From positions 3,690,741 to 3,754,740 of the forward strand of contig OZ037768.1 of NCBI GenBank assembly GCA_964035545.1: a stretch of 64,000 nucleotides of DNA. The letters are read 5' to 3'. Positions 10,201-23,100 of the stretch are shown here, in pieces (the stretch's first letter is position 1; each line of letters opens with the position of its first letter). The DNA is from Bugula neritina. Lineage: Eukaryota > Animalia > Bryozoa. Both the position numbers and the translations under genes were made by a program. Under the pieces are notes generated by a model. It had not been told where the DNA came from and searched no databases. It worked only from the letters and a program-made list of their open reading frames with translations.

Positions 10201-13200
10201 GTTATTTGTTAATAAAGTTGGACAAAACTACTTGAATATGTGACTACAGTAGTGACTTTACAATACCTCTGATATCATTATGTGCTTCTTCACTTGTCCC
10301 AAGACACTATGTGATGTGGCAGCTATTTGCCTTAAACCACCTGCTAAAGATGCCAGCTTTGATGGAGTTAAAATCAGTCTAGCAAGCATAGGGCCATCCA
10401 TACCTGCAATAAGATATGTAAACCATTGCTTCACATGAAAGACTTCATATGAAAAAAAATGAACCTACTGTAGGTGCAAGAGTCACATTGTGTTTTATAA
10501 CAAAACACTCTCTTAATTTGGTATTAGATTTACAGCAATTTGCGCATGGACAGGACACTTTGTGTAGTACAATACCTTGTTCTTTGGCTATTTCAATGTC
10601 TCTTCTGTTAGCTGCCAGTATGTCATCTTGTCGGTCCACCAACAAGTTAGCCAGACTGTAAATGATATCTGCTCTTTTCTCTGAATCTAGTGACTGCAGG
10701 ATTTGACTGCCTTGTCGAGCTACATCAAACAGTATTATATTGAAACAGCATCACAATGAAACAGTATTACATTAAAACCTGTATTATATTGAAACAGTAT
10801 TATATTAAAAGAGTATTATATTGGAACGGTATTATATTAAAAGAGTATTATATTGAAACATGTGCAAGAATTGGCTTCCCTGAGACACAAATACTGACGT
10901 ACCCTGTGCTGCCTGCTGCTCTGGTGGACTAGACGTCTGCTGCACATTGGTGAAGAAGGTACCGATCTTTCTGCCACTCATGATGGCTTTGATGGTGTGC
11001 TGCGCTGACCCGTTACATATAACTACATTTATACCGTGTTCCAGCGCCCACGTGGCAGCTTTCACCTACAACGGTTCAACAAACTTCCTCTATTATTGGC
11101 TGAAAGAATAACTCCATTTTCTTTAGCAGCTACTATTTCACGCTGGTGATTCAAAGGTCTTCTACGCCATTTTGTATCATCAGGAAGCTTGAGATTTGCA
11201 TATATTTTAAAAAAATGTTCTGAAATATGGAAATACACCAATTGCTTCTAAAAATACCATTTGACCATTCATAATGCATTCCTGAGACTTTTGCCTTTCT
11301 CTCTATATTTTCACTGATGTGCACATCTTTATGCTTTGAATTTAGCAAAATTTTAAAAATTCTCAAATGATACAAACAAGCAGCAGTAAACCTTTGAAAT
11401 CGTCCATCAAATCACTTCATACAGTTGGCATTGTCTACAACGCTCTTACTCGCATCTAACACAAATACTCTGTTTCTAAGAATGCTGCAATCAGGTAGTT
11501 GTAGCCACATACTGCCTCTCCTACCACATGCCTATTTACTTTGTACAAGAAAACAAAATATATATAACCTTTGAGTCCATGCCACCCAGGCCAACCCTAG
11601 ACTTCCCACTAAAAGTGACTAAAGAGGAATCACTACTTGGGCAGTAAGTGGGTAGCAAACGTGAGCCATCTGTGCCAGGTGGACTTGTGTATATACCGTC
11701 CACATCAGAGAGCAGTAGCATCACGTCCGCATCAACTTCTACGGCTAGTCTAGCGGCAAGACTGTCATTGTCTTTTATACTGATCACCTGCCAACAAATA
11801 CCAGGAAATTACATCTAGTCAGGTGACTGGTGAGTGACCAATAACAGTGTAATACAATATAAAAAGTGCCCTGTTGTTATCAATAGAGTAGCATAAAATC
11901 TGCCCTTTTTATAATCACTTCTGAAAATGAATCGACCTTAAATCAGAACATGAAACAAAATGCTACCAAAGGAAAAGATAACTCCAAACTTACACCGGCC
12001 AAATCTAAATCCTTTTCAGGAGGCGGAGCCACGGCGTCGTTGGTGTTGACAATAGGAATGATGTTGAGTCGGAGTAACTCGTTGAGAGTGCTGGTGAGAT
12101 TCTTTCTACTCGACTCGTGGTAGAGGTCTGGCTTGGTGACCAACACCTGGGCGGTTCTGATGCCGTACTGAGCAAACATCGACTCGTACAGCGACATCAA
12201 ACCTCCTTGACCTACGGCAGCGCACGCCCTCGGCTCTACCAGGCTGTCACTCTAGAAAATACACAAAGGTTAAAGTTCATTCAGTTAAAAGCTGCCATAG
12301 GAAATACACCAGAACATACAGACAGTATTGTTAACAATTGTCTCTTTTCAGCACTTTATTTCCTATTCTAAATTACAACAGCATGCTGTCACAATGCAGT
12401 TTTATGGCAGTCAATGAAATGTACAGAAAAATAAAAGGGGATTAATTAGTAGTTCTTCTGTCTGCAGGTAATTATTATTACACTACACTCATTAAATGCT
12501 CTGTGTACAACCCAGTCACTGATGATACTAATTACTATACATGTGTTTTATACAGATGTAGTACAACGTAGTACAAGGCATCGGATTCCTGTTAGAAACA
12601 TAATTGTCACAAGGACGACAACATTTGATTAATTAGATAAATTTCTGATGCAAGAAGTTGATTTCTCATACTTCGTGTAATATATTCATTCTATTTACTA
12701 TACTTTGTTACTACTACTAACTGTTACTACTACTAACTGTTACTGCTACTAACTGTTACTACTACTAACTGTTACTACTACTAACTGTTACTGCTACTAA
12801 TTGTTACTACTACTAACTGTTACTACTGTACTAATAACTGCCTACCTTAGAATTGGTGCGATTGGTGATTAGAGTCTGTCTCATACTACGAGACATGAAG
12901 AGCTCTTGCTGGAGCTTCTGTTTGCCAAATGCAATGGCGCCACTTGTTATAACTAGAGGCTGGTTGCCAGACAGATACAACTCCGATGTCTATCAAAACA
13001 CAGAACACAGTCTAAGGTACATAACTACGCAGCAGATTGACTCTTCCATTTGATTTAGTGCTAGTAGAGTAAAGATGTGCAGAGAAAATGTAGTGTCGGG
13101 TTGTGAATAAAGAGGAGGATAATGGACAGAACATAAATAAACAACACTATTTTATAGTTTGATTCATACATCATGTATTATATATAAACTGACCATGTAT

Positions 13201-13779
13201 AAATATAGTGAGATTTAATTCCAGATTGAGAGCATAGACACAATTACCATAAGATGCTATAGAGTACAGACTATAGACTATAGACTATAGAGTATAGATT
13301 ATAGAGTATAGACTATAGAGTACAGACTATAGAGTACAGACTATAGAGTATAGACTATAGAGTATAGATTATAGAGTGTAGACTATAGAGTGTAGACTAT
13401 AGAGTACACACTATAGAGTACAGACTATAGAGTACACACTATAGAGTATAGACTATAGAGTATAGACTATAGAGTGTAGACTATAGAGTATAGAGTATAG
13501 ACTATGAGTATAGATTATAGAGTATAGACTATAGAGTATAGACTATAGAATATATTATAACTGACTCACCTGTTCAACTATAGAAGCCAGTCTACCCAGA
13601 GCTATGCCACACTCATCTTCCCGAGTGATGACAGCACTGCCCAGCTTGATAACCACTCTCTTTGCATTCTTCAGATCTGACCTGTCTATGCACGCTATTT
13701 TCTGGTGCAGATGCTTCTTGGGCACAGAAACCTGCCAGCTCAGCAGCTTCTTGGAAGTAGCGAATCGATGGAGCATCAT
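7207..13779 (-). CDS. ALDH18A1: Delta-1-pyrroline-5-carboxylate synthase (bifunctional gamma-glutamyl kinase / gamma-glutamyl phosphate reductase), 13 coding exons
   Basis: Motifs [123 protein letters not shown]. Basic N-terminus resembles a mitochondrial presequence. Confidence 0.97.
7590..7790. repeat. Intronic minisatellite, ~32-bp unit (ctcagactacactgtataatatatgctataaa)
   Basis: About 6 tandem copies in the last P5CS intron. Confidence 0.9.
9142..9260. repeat. ~35-bp tandem repeat carrying four copies of a 5' splice site
   Basis: Plus-strand tactcact (minus AGTGAGTA) recurs with donor G at 9255, 9219, 9185 and 9150, separated by C-tracts. Confidence 0.8.
10728..10860. repeat. Intronic degenerate tandem repeat (aacagtattatattgaa-like units)
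   Basis: Repeated gtattatatt cores in a short P5CS intron. Confidence 0.8.
12705..12835. repeat. Intronic minisatellite, 16-bp unit (ctgttactactactaa)
   Basis: About 8 copies adjacent to a P5CS donor site. Confidence 0.9.
13257..13550. repeat. Intronic minisatellite, 7/14-bp unit (tatagagtatagac)
   Basis: About 20 copies directly after the first P5CS coding exon. Confidence 0.92.
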
Positions 13780-16099
13780 GAATAAATAAACTCTTTCTAC
13801 AAACAGCATATCTTAGAAATTATTGGTAATCTCAACATGTAAAAAGTCTAAACAAATTTTTACAAGCTGCATTAGAAGCATTATTATTTAAATCAAATAT
13901 TTGACACTTTAGCAAATGTTTCAACATTAAACAATAAATGCAAATAGTGCTACATTCACTTAGGTGGCACCATCAGTTGTTTCGACTAAACTTGTATACA
14001 ATAATATGTTGAAATAAAACAACATGAAGGATATACTTTTAAATGAAGAACTTAATAATAAGTTGATAATGAAGTATGCAAGTGTTACACACAAAGAGGC
14101 TGGTAAAATCACTCAAGTGTGTCAGGCATTGAGATTCAAATATTTGTTTATTCCTGTAGTTATGTCATGGTTTGTAGCTAAGCTGTTTGTTTATACTCTT
14201 CAATCAAATATTAAGTAACTATTGTGAAGCATAATGATATCCATGGTAACAGCTGCAAGTGGCTGCAGGTGGTCAAGACTCAGCTAAAACTGGCAACTTC
14301 ATTACTTATAAAAAGATATCTCAGGAGTATGCATATAAAAGAAATTCAAGATAAAAATATTTTAATACAAACCTGAATTCTACTACAGTTCACCCAATTA
14401 TTATAATGAAAGTGACAAGAATTAGTAAAAATACTAGTACAAACTTTAAAGCTGTGAAATAATTTTCTCTATATTTTCCATAACTTGTTCAGACAAGTAC
14501 ATAACAAGAACTGCTCCAACTCAAACAGACGTCAACATGAATTACATAATGGATTAGAACATTACATAATGAGCTGATTGTACAGTGCGCATGAATTATG
14601 GCTAACAATAACAGAAGGTGAACAAACAAATAGCACAGACCATTACTTTTACTATTTATTTCACCTTTCACTGTGATTATAGGAGTTTATTAGTAATATT
14701 CCAGATATTTAAATAGCCTAAAAACCCACAAAACTCCACAGGATGAAAGTAATATGAAGCATAATTATAACTCATCATATGCTATATTACTAGTTACAAT
14801 AGTCAAAGTTTATAAACATACTGATGATAATTCAATAGTTATAAATAATAATAATTATTATTCTCATTATTATAACTATTAATACTGGTTTTGGTGCAAG
14901 TAAAATAAGCATAAGAAATAGTAGTATTGTAAAAATTTTACTGACTTGATTTAGGCTGAATTTGATACACAATTACATTTAATCATTAGTTATTAGGCTA
15001 CATTTTTATTTTAATTTTTTATTAATTGAAATATCAAATAAATTACTTTTTTCTCTGTAAAGCCAAGTGTGGTTGTTACGTTAGCGGTTAGTGTTCAGCT
15101 AAGCTCCAAGCTAAAATACTTGCTACTACCAGTAGTAGTAGCAGCTAAGAAACAAGCAATTAGCCAGTATGTTTACCAGATCAAATTTATATAATAGTCT
15201 CAGATTTTTTGCATCACATATTTAAACTGAAATCAAATTACTAAAACTAAAAGTAAAAATAATCATCAAGAGCAGAGCAAATGAAGACAAAATGAAAGAA
15301 AGTTTAAAGTTGAAGTAATATTAATTGTCTGTTGGTGCTACGCTTACATGTAATAGCTATACTTCTAAAGTAATTGCAAAACTAACTCTAAGAGTTAAAA
15401 TTAGATTATAACAGTTGTAAACTTGCTGTTAAGACTTGAAATTGAATGGTTACACTTAGTCACTAAGTTCAAACTTGCTAGTGTTACACTTACTCACTGA
15501 GTTAGTGTGTTACTGCTAGTGTTGCACGTAGTTTAAGTTTAATAGTTAAGATTAAGACTGGGTAACACTAAGTCTAACTCAGTAACACTAAAACAAAAGT
15601 AACACTAACGGTCACACTAACTGTAACTCTGTAACACTATCTGTAAGTGTAACTCACTGAGTCTGTAAGACTAAGTCTAAGAGTTTGACTTACTCTTACT
15701 CTTAGTGAGTGTCAGTAACAGTGTATAACTATAACTATAAGGGTAACTCAAACTGTACGTGCTAAGTCACTAGTGTAAGACTAACAGTAACAGTAAGAGT
15801 AGCACTACCAGTAACAGCAACTGTAACAATAAGTGTTGTTGTTAATGAGTGTTACTCTTACAGTAACTGTAACTGTAAGTGTAACTGTTAGTGTTATTGT
15901 TACCTTTAACCTTAGAGTTACTGTTAGAGTTAATCATTAACCTTTAATAGTAATAATAAATATTAAGCTAGCTAACAATTAAGGACTAGTAAACACTGAT
16001 GACTGAACTGTAAAATGACTAGGAATACGAATATTTAGTTTTACAACGATAATACTAATAATAATACTAATTAGTCTTGGATCTGGATCTCAATGCTGC

Positions 16100-16720
16100 A
16101 GTGATGCAATGCACTTTTTTATGAACCTTGACTTAGCTCAAGTATTGCAAATTAAAATAATCGATGCTTTTATAACAGACAGCAGTTAATCGTTACCTAA
16201 TTTAAGGTATATTGAATGAGGTTCAGAGGCTATTTTCACCTTTTAGTTGCTTAGCAGTATATTTTTATCGACTGCATGGTACGCCAACGCAGTAATTTAT
16301 AACTTGAACCACAGCTTATAAGAGAAAAGCCAGATGTAAGGCTAAAGTATTTCGTCGAATCCGAATTCCTTCATAGGTAACGGAGGAAAGGACTTAGTGG
16401 GGTACCACCCGTTTTAATAATACAAATACATTTTACCTCACTGCAATTATTGCAAGGACAGACTGTGATTGAGATATTGCTGTGACTATAATCATAGCTG
16501 CAGGTGATGCGTTGTGATTGTCAGGACAACTAATAGTAAAGTATACTCGCAATCACAATGATCGTTGTTAATGTTTTTGCAAACCTTATTTCCATTTACT
16601 TTTAGTTTTACTGAAGTTTTAGGATTATTTACAACCCAAAACTTCTACAGTTTTTTACTGTTTTAATTTCACTAATGTTGAAATTGATACTTGTTGAGGT
16701 ACAAACAGGTGGATGAAAAT
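16100..16720. promoter_or_regulatory. Inferred bidirectional promoter / non-coding first-exon region between ALDH18A1 and STAT
   Basis: Complex, CpG-retaining sequence between head-to-head genes whose ATG exons are both preceded by acceptors. Candidate minus-strand donor (ttag|gtaacg) near 16196. Confidence 0.5.
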
Positions 16721-17137
16721 GAAACGGGCATAATGATAGATTATAATCATAATGATTATGATAATCGTATAAGTTTAATGACTATGATATCAAATTTGAT
16801 ATTTATACTTAACTTATATTACTAATACTATTAGTATTATTTTAAGTTATACTTATAGTTTATAAGTTCAGTAGTAGTAGTACTACTACTAGTACTATTA
16901 GTACTAGTACTGTAGTACTAGACCTAGTACTAGTAGCACTAGCACTAGTAGTAGACGTAGTAGTTGTACTTGTACTACTATTAGTAGTAGTACTACTTCA
17001 ATTTCAAGGTGGTGCTTCTAGTACTAGTACTACTACTAGTTGAGTACTTGTACTTATACTTAAGTTATAGTTGTTACCTATCATTGAACATGTCAATGTT
17101 AATCATAATGTTGTTTTCAAGGCTTTGAGAAGACCCC

Positions 17138-20100
17138 ATGGCACTTTGGGCTCGGACACAGCAGCTAACTGGCAGCTATTTGAGAGATGTGCAAGAGCTG
17201 TATCGTACTAGGTTCCCCATTGAGGTCAGACACAGCATTGCACAATGGCTAGAGAGTCAAGACTGGTTAGTGCACTACTCTAATGAGTAGAGGTCAAATG
17301 CCTAAAGATTAAATGCGTAGAGATAGTTAGCATAAGTCACTCTTGCAGACTGACTTGTGAGAACTATGCGCCCTAAAAATGTCTCCAGCTTTGCCGATAT
17401 GTTACACTTTACAAGAAACAAGAATTCAGTTCACATCCGAAAGAAATTGGTCAAAGAAAGGTTTTCATTCATTGTTTCTGTTAAATAGTATGAAGTAACT
17501 CACTAACATGGTATAAAGCAACTTCTACAGTGTAGAGCGACATAATATGTATTAGCTTACCTATCAATTTTCCTTTTAAATATCACTATCTAAATTGAAT
17601 AATATCAGCGGTAATGCGGAAGCACTAAAAAAAAAACGGAGCACTCACTGTCACACACATGAGGCGCTCTACTAACGTCATATGATGGTCAAGAGCGTTC
17701 TACCTCATCAGAGGTAATCAGAGGTAATTTCTCAAACAGATCTACCTTGATTTGTTGATGCTAACCATTGAGAAAGCCCTTACTCCACACTGCTTTACTT
17801 TCATCAAACTTCGAGATATATTTATCAATTTTAGGACACGAGTTTCTAGTACGTTGTTAACTTTTATCAGTTACTTCCTGGTGAATCAGAAAATAAGATA
17901 AGTTTAGGGAAGGTGATGCACAGCGTGAGCTATCAGCTACGACCTATCCTTAAGTCCTGCTGTTCAAACATATAACTAGCATAGTATTTATTACCTAGTG
18001 TGTTATGTAATTGAGCAACCTGCCCCCCTCCCCTATTAAGCTGGTTCCTAGGGCTAGAATTGCTGAACTCTTTCATGTAGTGACAGTTGTTCTATTTCAC
18101 ACAATTCTGCCTAGCATAGACATCCTATGCTGTATAATCAGAGCAGCTGTTACTATGCTCTGCACACAGTGTATACATACAGTGCACACAGAGTATACAC
18201 ACATATAGAGCATATATACATACAGTAAATACAGATATGTTGTGTAACAGATGATCTAAAACCTTGCAGGTTTTGCTATCTTGAATAAACATAAACAGCT
18301 ATTTTTTTATTGTAACAAAAATGCAAGAAGATATTTAATGAATTCCAGCTGTTGAAGTGTTTGGTTTGGTAGGATGTCCTGCAACTGGGCTCCAAGCAGA
18401 ACTGATTCTTTTAAAATTAAAGGCTATTCCAAGCTTGGCTTAGCTTATCACAGCCATATTGATTAAATCTGCATCAAGTCAGCAATAGTTTGCTGCCGTA
18501 ATATTCCAGTCATTTATAGCTCAGCTGTTTTTCTCAGAAAATCCCACAGTGTGAAATGTTAGTCATGCTGACATACACTGGCGTGCACATTTATAGTAAT
18601 CTTTGTACTTATAGTTTAATGTCATACTCGTCTAGCCTACAATTATTGATTCCTGACCTAATTTATTTTATGTTCTGCACAAAAAACTGTGTTTAATTCA
18701 GCTTTAAAGATGACATTTTTTTTAGTTTTGAGGTAGTGAGCATATCATTAATTGTTAATGCAGGAACTTGTATTTGTGTATAGACATTAGCTGTAGGTGT
18801 AGCTTATTCCCCTGAGAGTGTCCACTGCGCTATTATTGACAGCTCTTTGTTGCAGGAGGTTGATAGATGAAAACAATGACGAGGCAACAGCGTACCACAT
18901 GCTGGAGCAGATGGAAATGCAGATTAACGAGAAAGCCAACGCCTTCATGCATGATGAACAGAGTTTTCCATTTCGGCTACGGCTGCTTGACACGGCCAGC
19001 GGAATTAAAGTGAGCTCTCCTGTACATTGAATCTTTATTTTACTTCATAAACTAAAATTCTGTAGCATACACACAGTAGTATAATTATATACAGTAGCAC
19101 ATATACGGTATACACAATAGCACATATACAGTATACACAGTTGCACATATACGGTATACACAGTAGCACATACACAGTATACACAGTAGCACATATACGG
19201 TATACACAGTTGCACGTACACAGTATACACAGTAGCAAATATACAGTATACACAGTAGCACATATACAGTATACACAATAGCACATACACAGTATATACA
19301 GTAGCACATATACGGTATACACAGTAGCACATATACAGTATACACAGTAGCACATATACGGTAGAATGCATATAGCATTTTGTCTCACTATGTAGATGGC
19401 ATACAAAGATTACCCCTTGGAACTAGTCAGACTAATAAGAGAGTCGCTATTCAGAGAAGAGCAACTGGTGTTGATGTGCACAGTAAGTATTTCCAGTCAA
19501 GTTACAAGCATAACCTCTTGCATGTAATAATATTTTAGTGCTATACTAAGTACTAATCACTACAATATAATTGTAGTTATATTTACACTATCAGCCAAAC
19601 TAATAGTACATTGCTGGAATTTGTGGACATTTGGCTAGCAAGGGTTTACATCTACATTTATTACTCTAGAGTCTAGTACAAATAATCTAACTATCATTGA
19701 CGTTTGTGGTTGTAGAGTTGATGCCTGGTTGGTTTGTGCTGATAACCAAATTGGCTGCACTCAGCACAATATGGCATTTGATGTCTCAGTTTACTCTAAA
19801 TTACCTTTTGATGGCTGCAGGGGGCTGCAGTCGGACTTGATGTTTGATGCCCTTTCTATTGATGCAATCTATTTTATGTGAATCTTAATGGAGTTATAAT
19901 TATATTCCAACTTTGTATTATGTTGGGGTGAACCAATCAAATTGCAGTTTACAACATGAGCCAATGAATATGAGCGTTCTTTAGAATGAGCCAATGAAAC
20001 AGGAGAACCAAGTCTCTCAGACTGAAAGGAAGATTCTCACTGATTTGGAGACACTAAGAAATGATGTGGCGGTGAGTTACAAGTTATATAGCTTTTGTCA

Positions 20101-23100
20101 TTTCATATTCTTTACAATTAATCTAATTTGTACTTAACGTCATGAAGAAAATATATTACACATTTAGCTAAAATTAAAAGTCTGTGTTTTATAAGCTGTT
20201 AATAAGAGAGTTTCTTGTGCTGCCTTTAGCCACACAGACAGCAATGAGTAACGTAGACTATACAAGCTGACACACAGTATTGTGACTATGGTTGCGCTTT
20301 CAATTTTTCTTAATGTTATAAATCTGGAGCCTGTTGTTCATTAGACATCTGCACCCGTCAAACATTTATAAAAGACTTCAACATAATTATTATTACGGGT
20401 GGTAAATTTGCAGAAAGCCGGTACCTATGTCAAGGATTTGCACCAGAAGCATGAATATTTTGTGATACAATTTCAACAGAATCATAAAACGGAAGACCTG
20501 CTAAAGGCGCTGAAAGCTCAGAATGCTGGAGGCGACTTTAAGGTAACTTTTCTGGACTCTTTATACCTCTTTTTTTGCCTCCACTCTCTTCATAACATAG
20601 AGCTGTGAGGTGGGGGGCACTTGTTCTAAATGTCTAATAGTCATACAACAGTGACAGTTATTCTTCACATAGTATAGCTATAAGATAGGGGCACTAGTGG
20701 CATGTGTCAGGTGCTCCATGTGTCAGTGTCAGTGCTCATATAACCTGGTTATGTCAGAGTTTTCTCTTCTTGTGCACCTGCATCAGCTTCCTCACATCAA
20801 TTACATACCCTTTGATCAAACTATTTGGGCTTTTCACTGTTTGAAATGTTGATTTAATTTCAATAAATTCGCGAAATGTGTATTGTACTGGAAGGAAGGT
20901 CATGCAAAAAATGAATGCAATGCAATCAATCAGCTCTCTAATATTTGCAACAAATCAATGAAGTGTAGTAAGGATTTATTATTAATTGGCAAAGATGCAT
21001 ATTGTCTGCTTTTCTTGGAATTGTCTGACGTTTAGCCAATCAGATATGACCACAATTGAGTTTCAACAGTCTCCTGGGTTATCTTCGCAACGTCCTTGCA
21101 TTTTAATTACAAATAAACCCATCATTTAGGAGCATGGCTGGTTCATAAATCATAGTTGGTGTCCAACTGCCTTCACTCAAACCATACTGGGGTGCAGGTG
21201 TATCTATATACTGCCCCCCTAAACTAACAAAACAAGATACTTTGTGGTGTACTGAATATTGGTCTGCTTTTTTAGTTATCAGCTTTTATTAGCAGTTATT
21301 GATAAATCTGGATTTTATTTCAATGTGTTTTTACGTTCCATAGTTTATTCAGTGAATTAAACTTCTCTAGAATATTAACCCACTTTGAATTTGTCTCCAT
21401 CCAGAATCTCCATAGATAGTACCCAAGTGCATGCTTTGTCACATGATTTGTCACATGCCTTGTCACATGCCTCGTCAATGTTTCTGTTTCTATTACGTAT
21501 TTTTACATTATCGCAACAACTGTTCAACTATATATGTATATATTACCGATGTATATATAATATATAATATATATATATTACTGATTCTTATCCTCAAACA
21601 TGACAATATTTCATTTCTATTGTTATTCTAGTTTCAAGAGGAGCATTTTGCTATTTTGGAAAGGTCTGAAGAAGTATTACCCGATATTTTTTGCACTGTT
21701 GACTTAGAACACAGAATATAGAAATGTTATTCCGGCATACATGCATCATACTACTTGTTTCTATAACCGACATTTTTGCCTTCAGAAAGTCGATCATAGT
21801 GTGTCAAAAATAGGTTTTTGGTAATGATTTCCTGTTTTTGGTGGTTCAAATGTTATTTGAATTTGGGTTGTCTTGGAATGTTGCCATTAATATTAAAATC
21901 TGTGTTAAGAGATATTCTGGGATTTTGTCATTGATGTTTGGAACCAGTTCCTTGCTGCGGTTGGCATAGCATTGAGCTCTTAGTAATATGCCAATCTGTC
22001 CTTGAACTTATGGCCTGCTATTCCAACTTTTAACTAAATCTATTTGTTGGGTCTTCACTCTCCACGATACAACTGTTACTATTGTAGAAGTATTCTCTGT
22101 CTATGATACAACTCTTGCTATTGTAGAAACAGCAGCGCATACAACAGCAAATAAAGAACCACGAAATGGAGAACACCAACTTGAAGACAGCCTTGCGCTC
22201 TGGTGCTATGGATATAAAGAACTTGAGAACTGTGAGTCGTACTCTAGTTGTTAGAGGAAGGAGATTTGAGCAAAATGTGTTAACTCTATGCATATCATCA
22301 GCAGTGTTTAGTGGTGGAGAAATTTTATAGTCTGGTTCTTTCTTTTTCATAGTAAATTTTGGTTTGAAGCGCAGATAGAACATAACTTCTTTTGCTTTAT
22401 TTCTAATTTAGAGCACACGGGTTTTTCTCAATTTTTTCGTTCGTGTACCTATTTCCTACATATACATCATCTACACTGGACAATTCTTCAACACTTGCAT
22501 AAAGTTACCTTTTTTGTCATTTGTTCTGATGCATGTATTCTAATACTCTGTGTGGTATTCTATTACTGAGATTTGATACTGAGCTTGTACAAAGGTGTTA
22601 ATCAACACACATGTTATCATAAGATCACCCAAGTACTGACAGGCTATGCTAAATTCAGTGCTCTTTCATATCTCACATTATAGAAAACCTATCAGCATAT
22701 GAAGGACATAACCAGCTTATTTGCTACCCTCTGTCACATGGTCTTTGATGTGGAGCTGATCAGCTGGAAAAACCTACAGAGGCAATCAACTTTTAAGTCT
22801 GACCACGGTTTTACATTGACTAAGATTCAGAGATGGTAAGCTTTACTCATGTTATTGTTGTTTGTTGTGCTGATAATCATAATTATTAGCTGAAGTGCAG
22901 TGTATGACTTATTCTGTTATTCAACTACCGGCTTGATTAGTCGAGTGAATTCGCTAATAAGGGTTGGTGACTCATTTTCCATATTTCAATTTTTCTGTTT
23001 CTTTGCTATATATGTAAAGATGGAGGGTGGCTGATGTGATGGCACAATATTTACAGACGCGAGACTTAACCCTTAGAATAAAGTTGTCTACATAGCATGA

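Noticed and set aside
15370-16090. Lattice as a coding region for an alternating V/T beta-strand peptide
   Set aside because: Frequent phase shifts and stops, no long ORF or splice support, and it is strand-symmetric.
19035-19406. Three overlapping Cys/Tyr/Val-rich ORFs
   Set aside because: They are translations of a stop-free 22-bp minisatellite within a STAT intron.
16351-21020. GAS-like sites (TTCGTCGAA 16351, TTCTCAGAA 18531, TTCTTGGAA 21012) suggesting STAT autoregulation
   Set aside because: Such 9-mers are expected every few kb in AT-rich DNA; they are not clustered or tandem.
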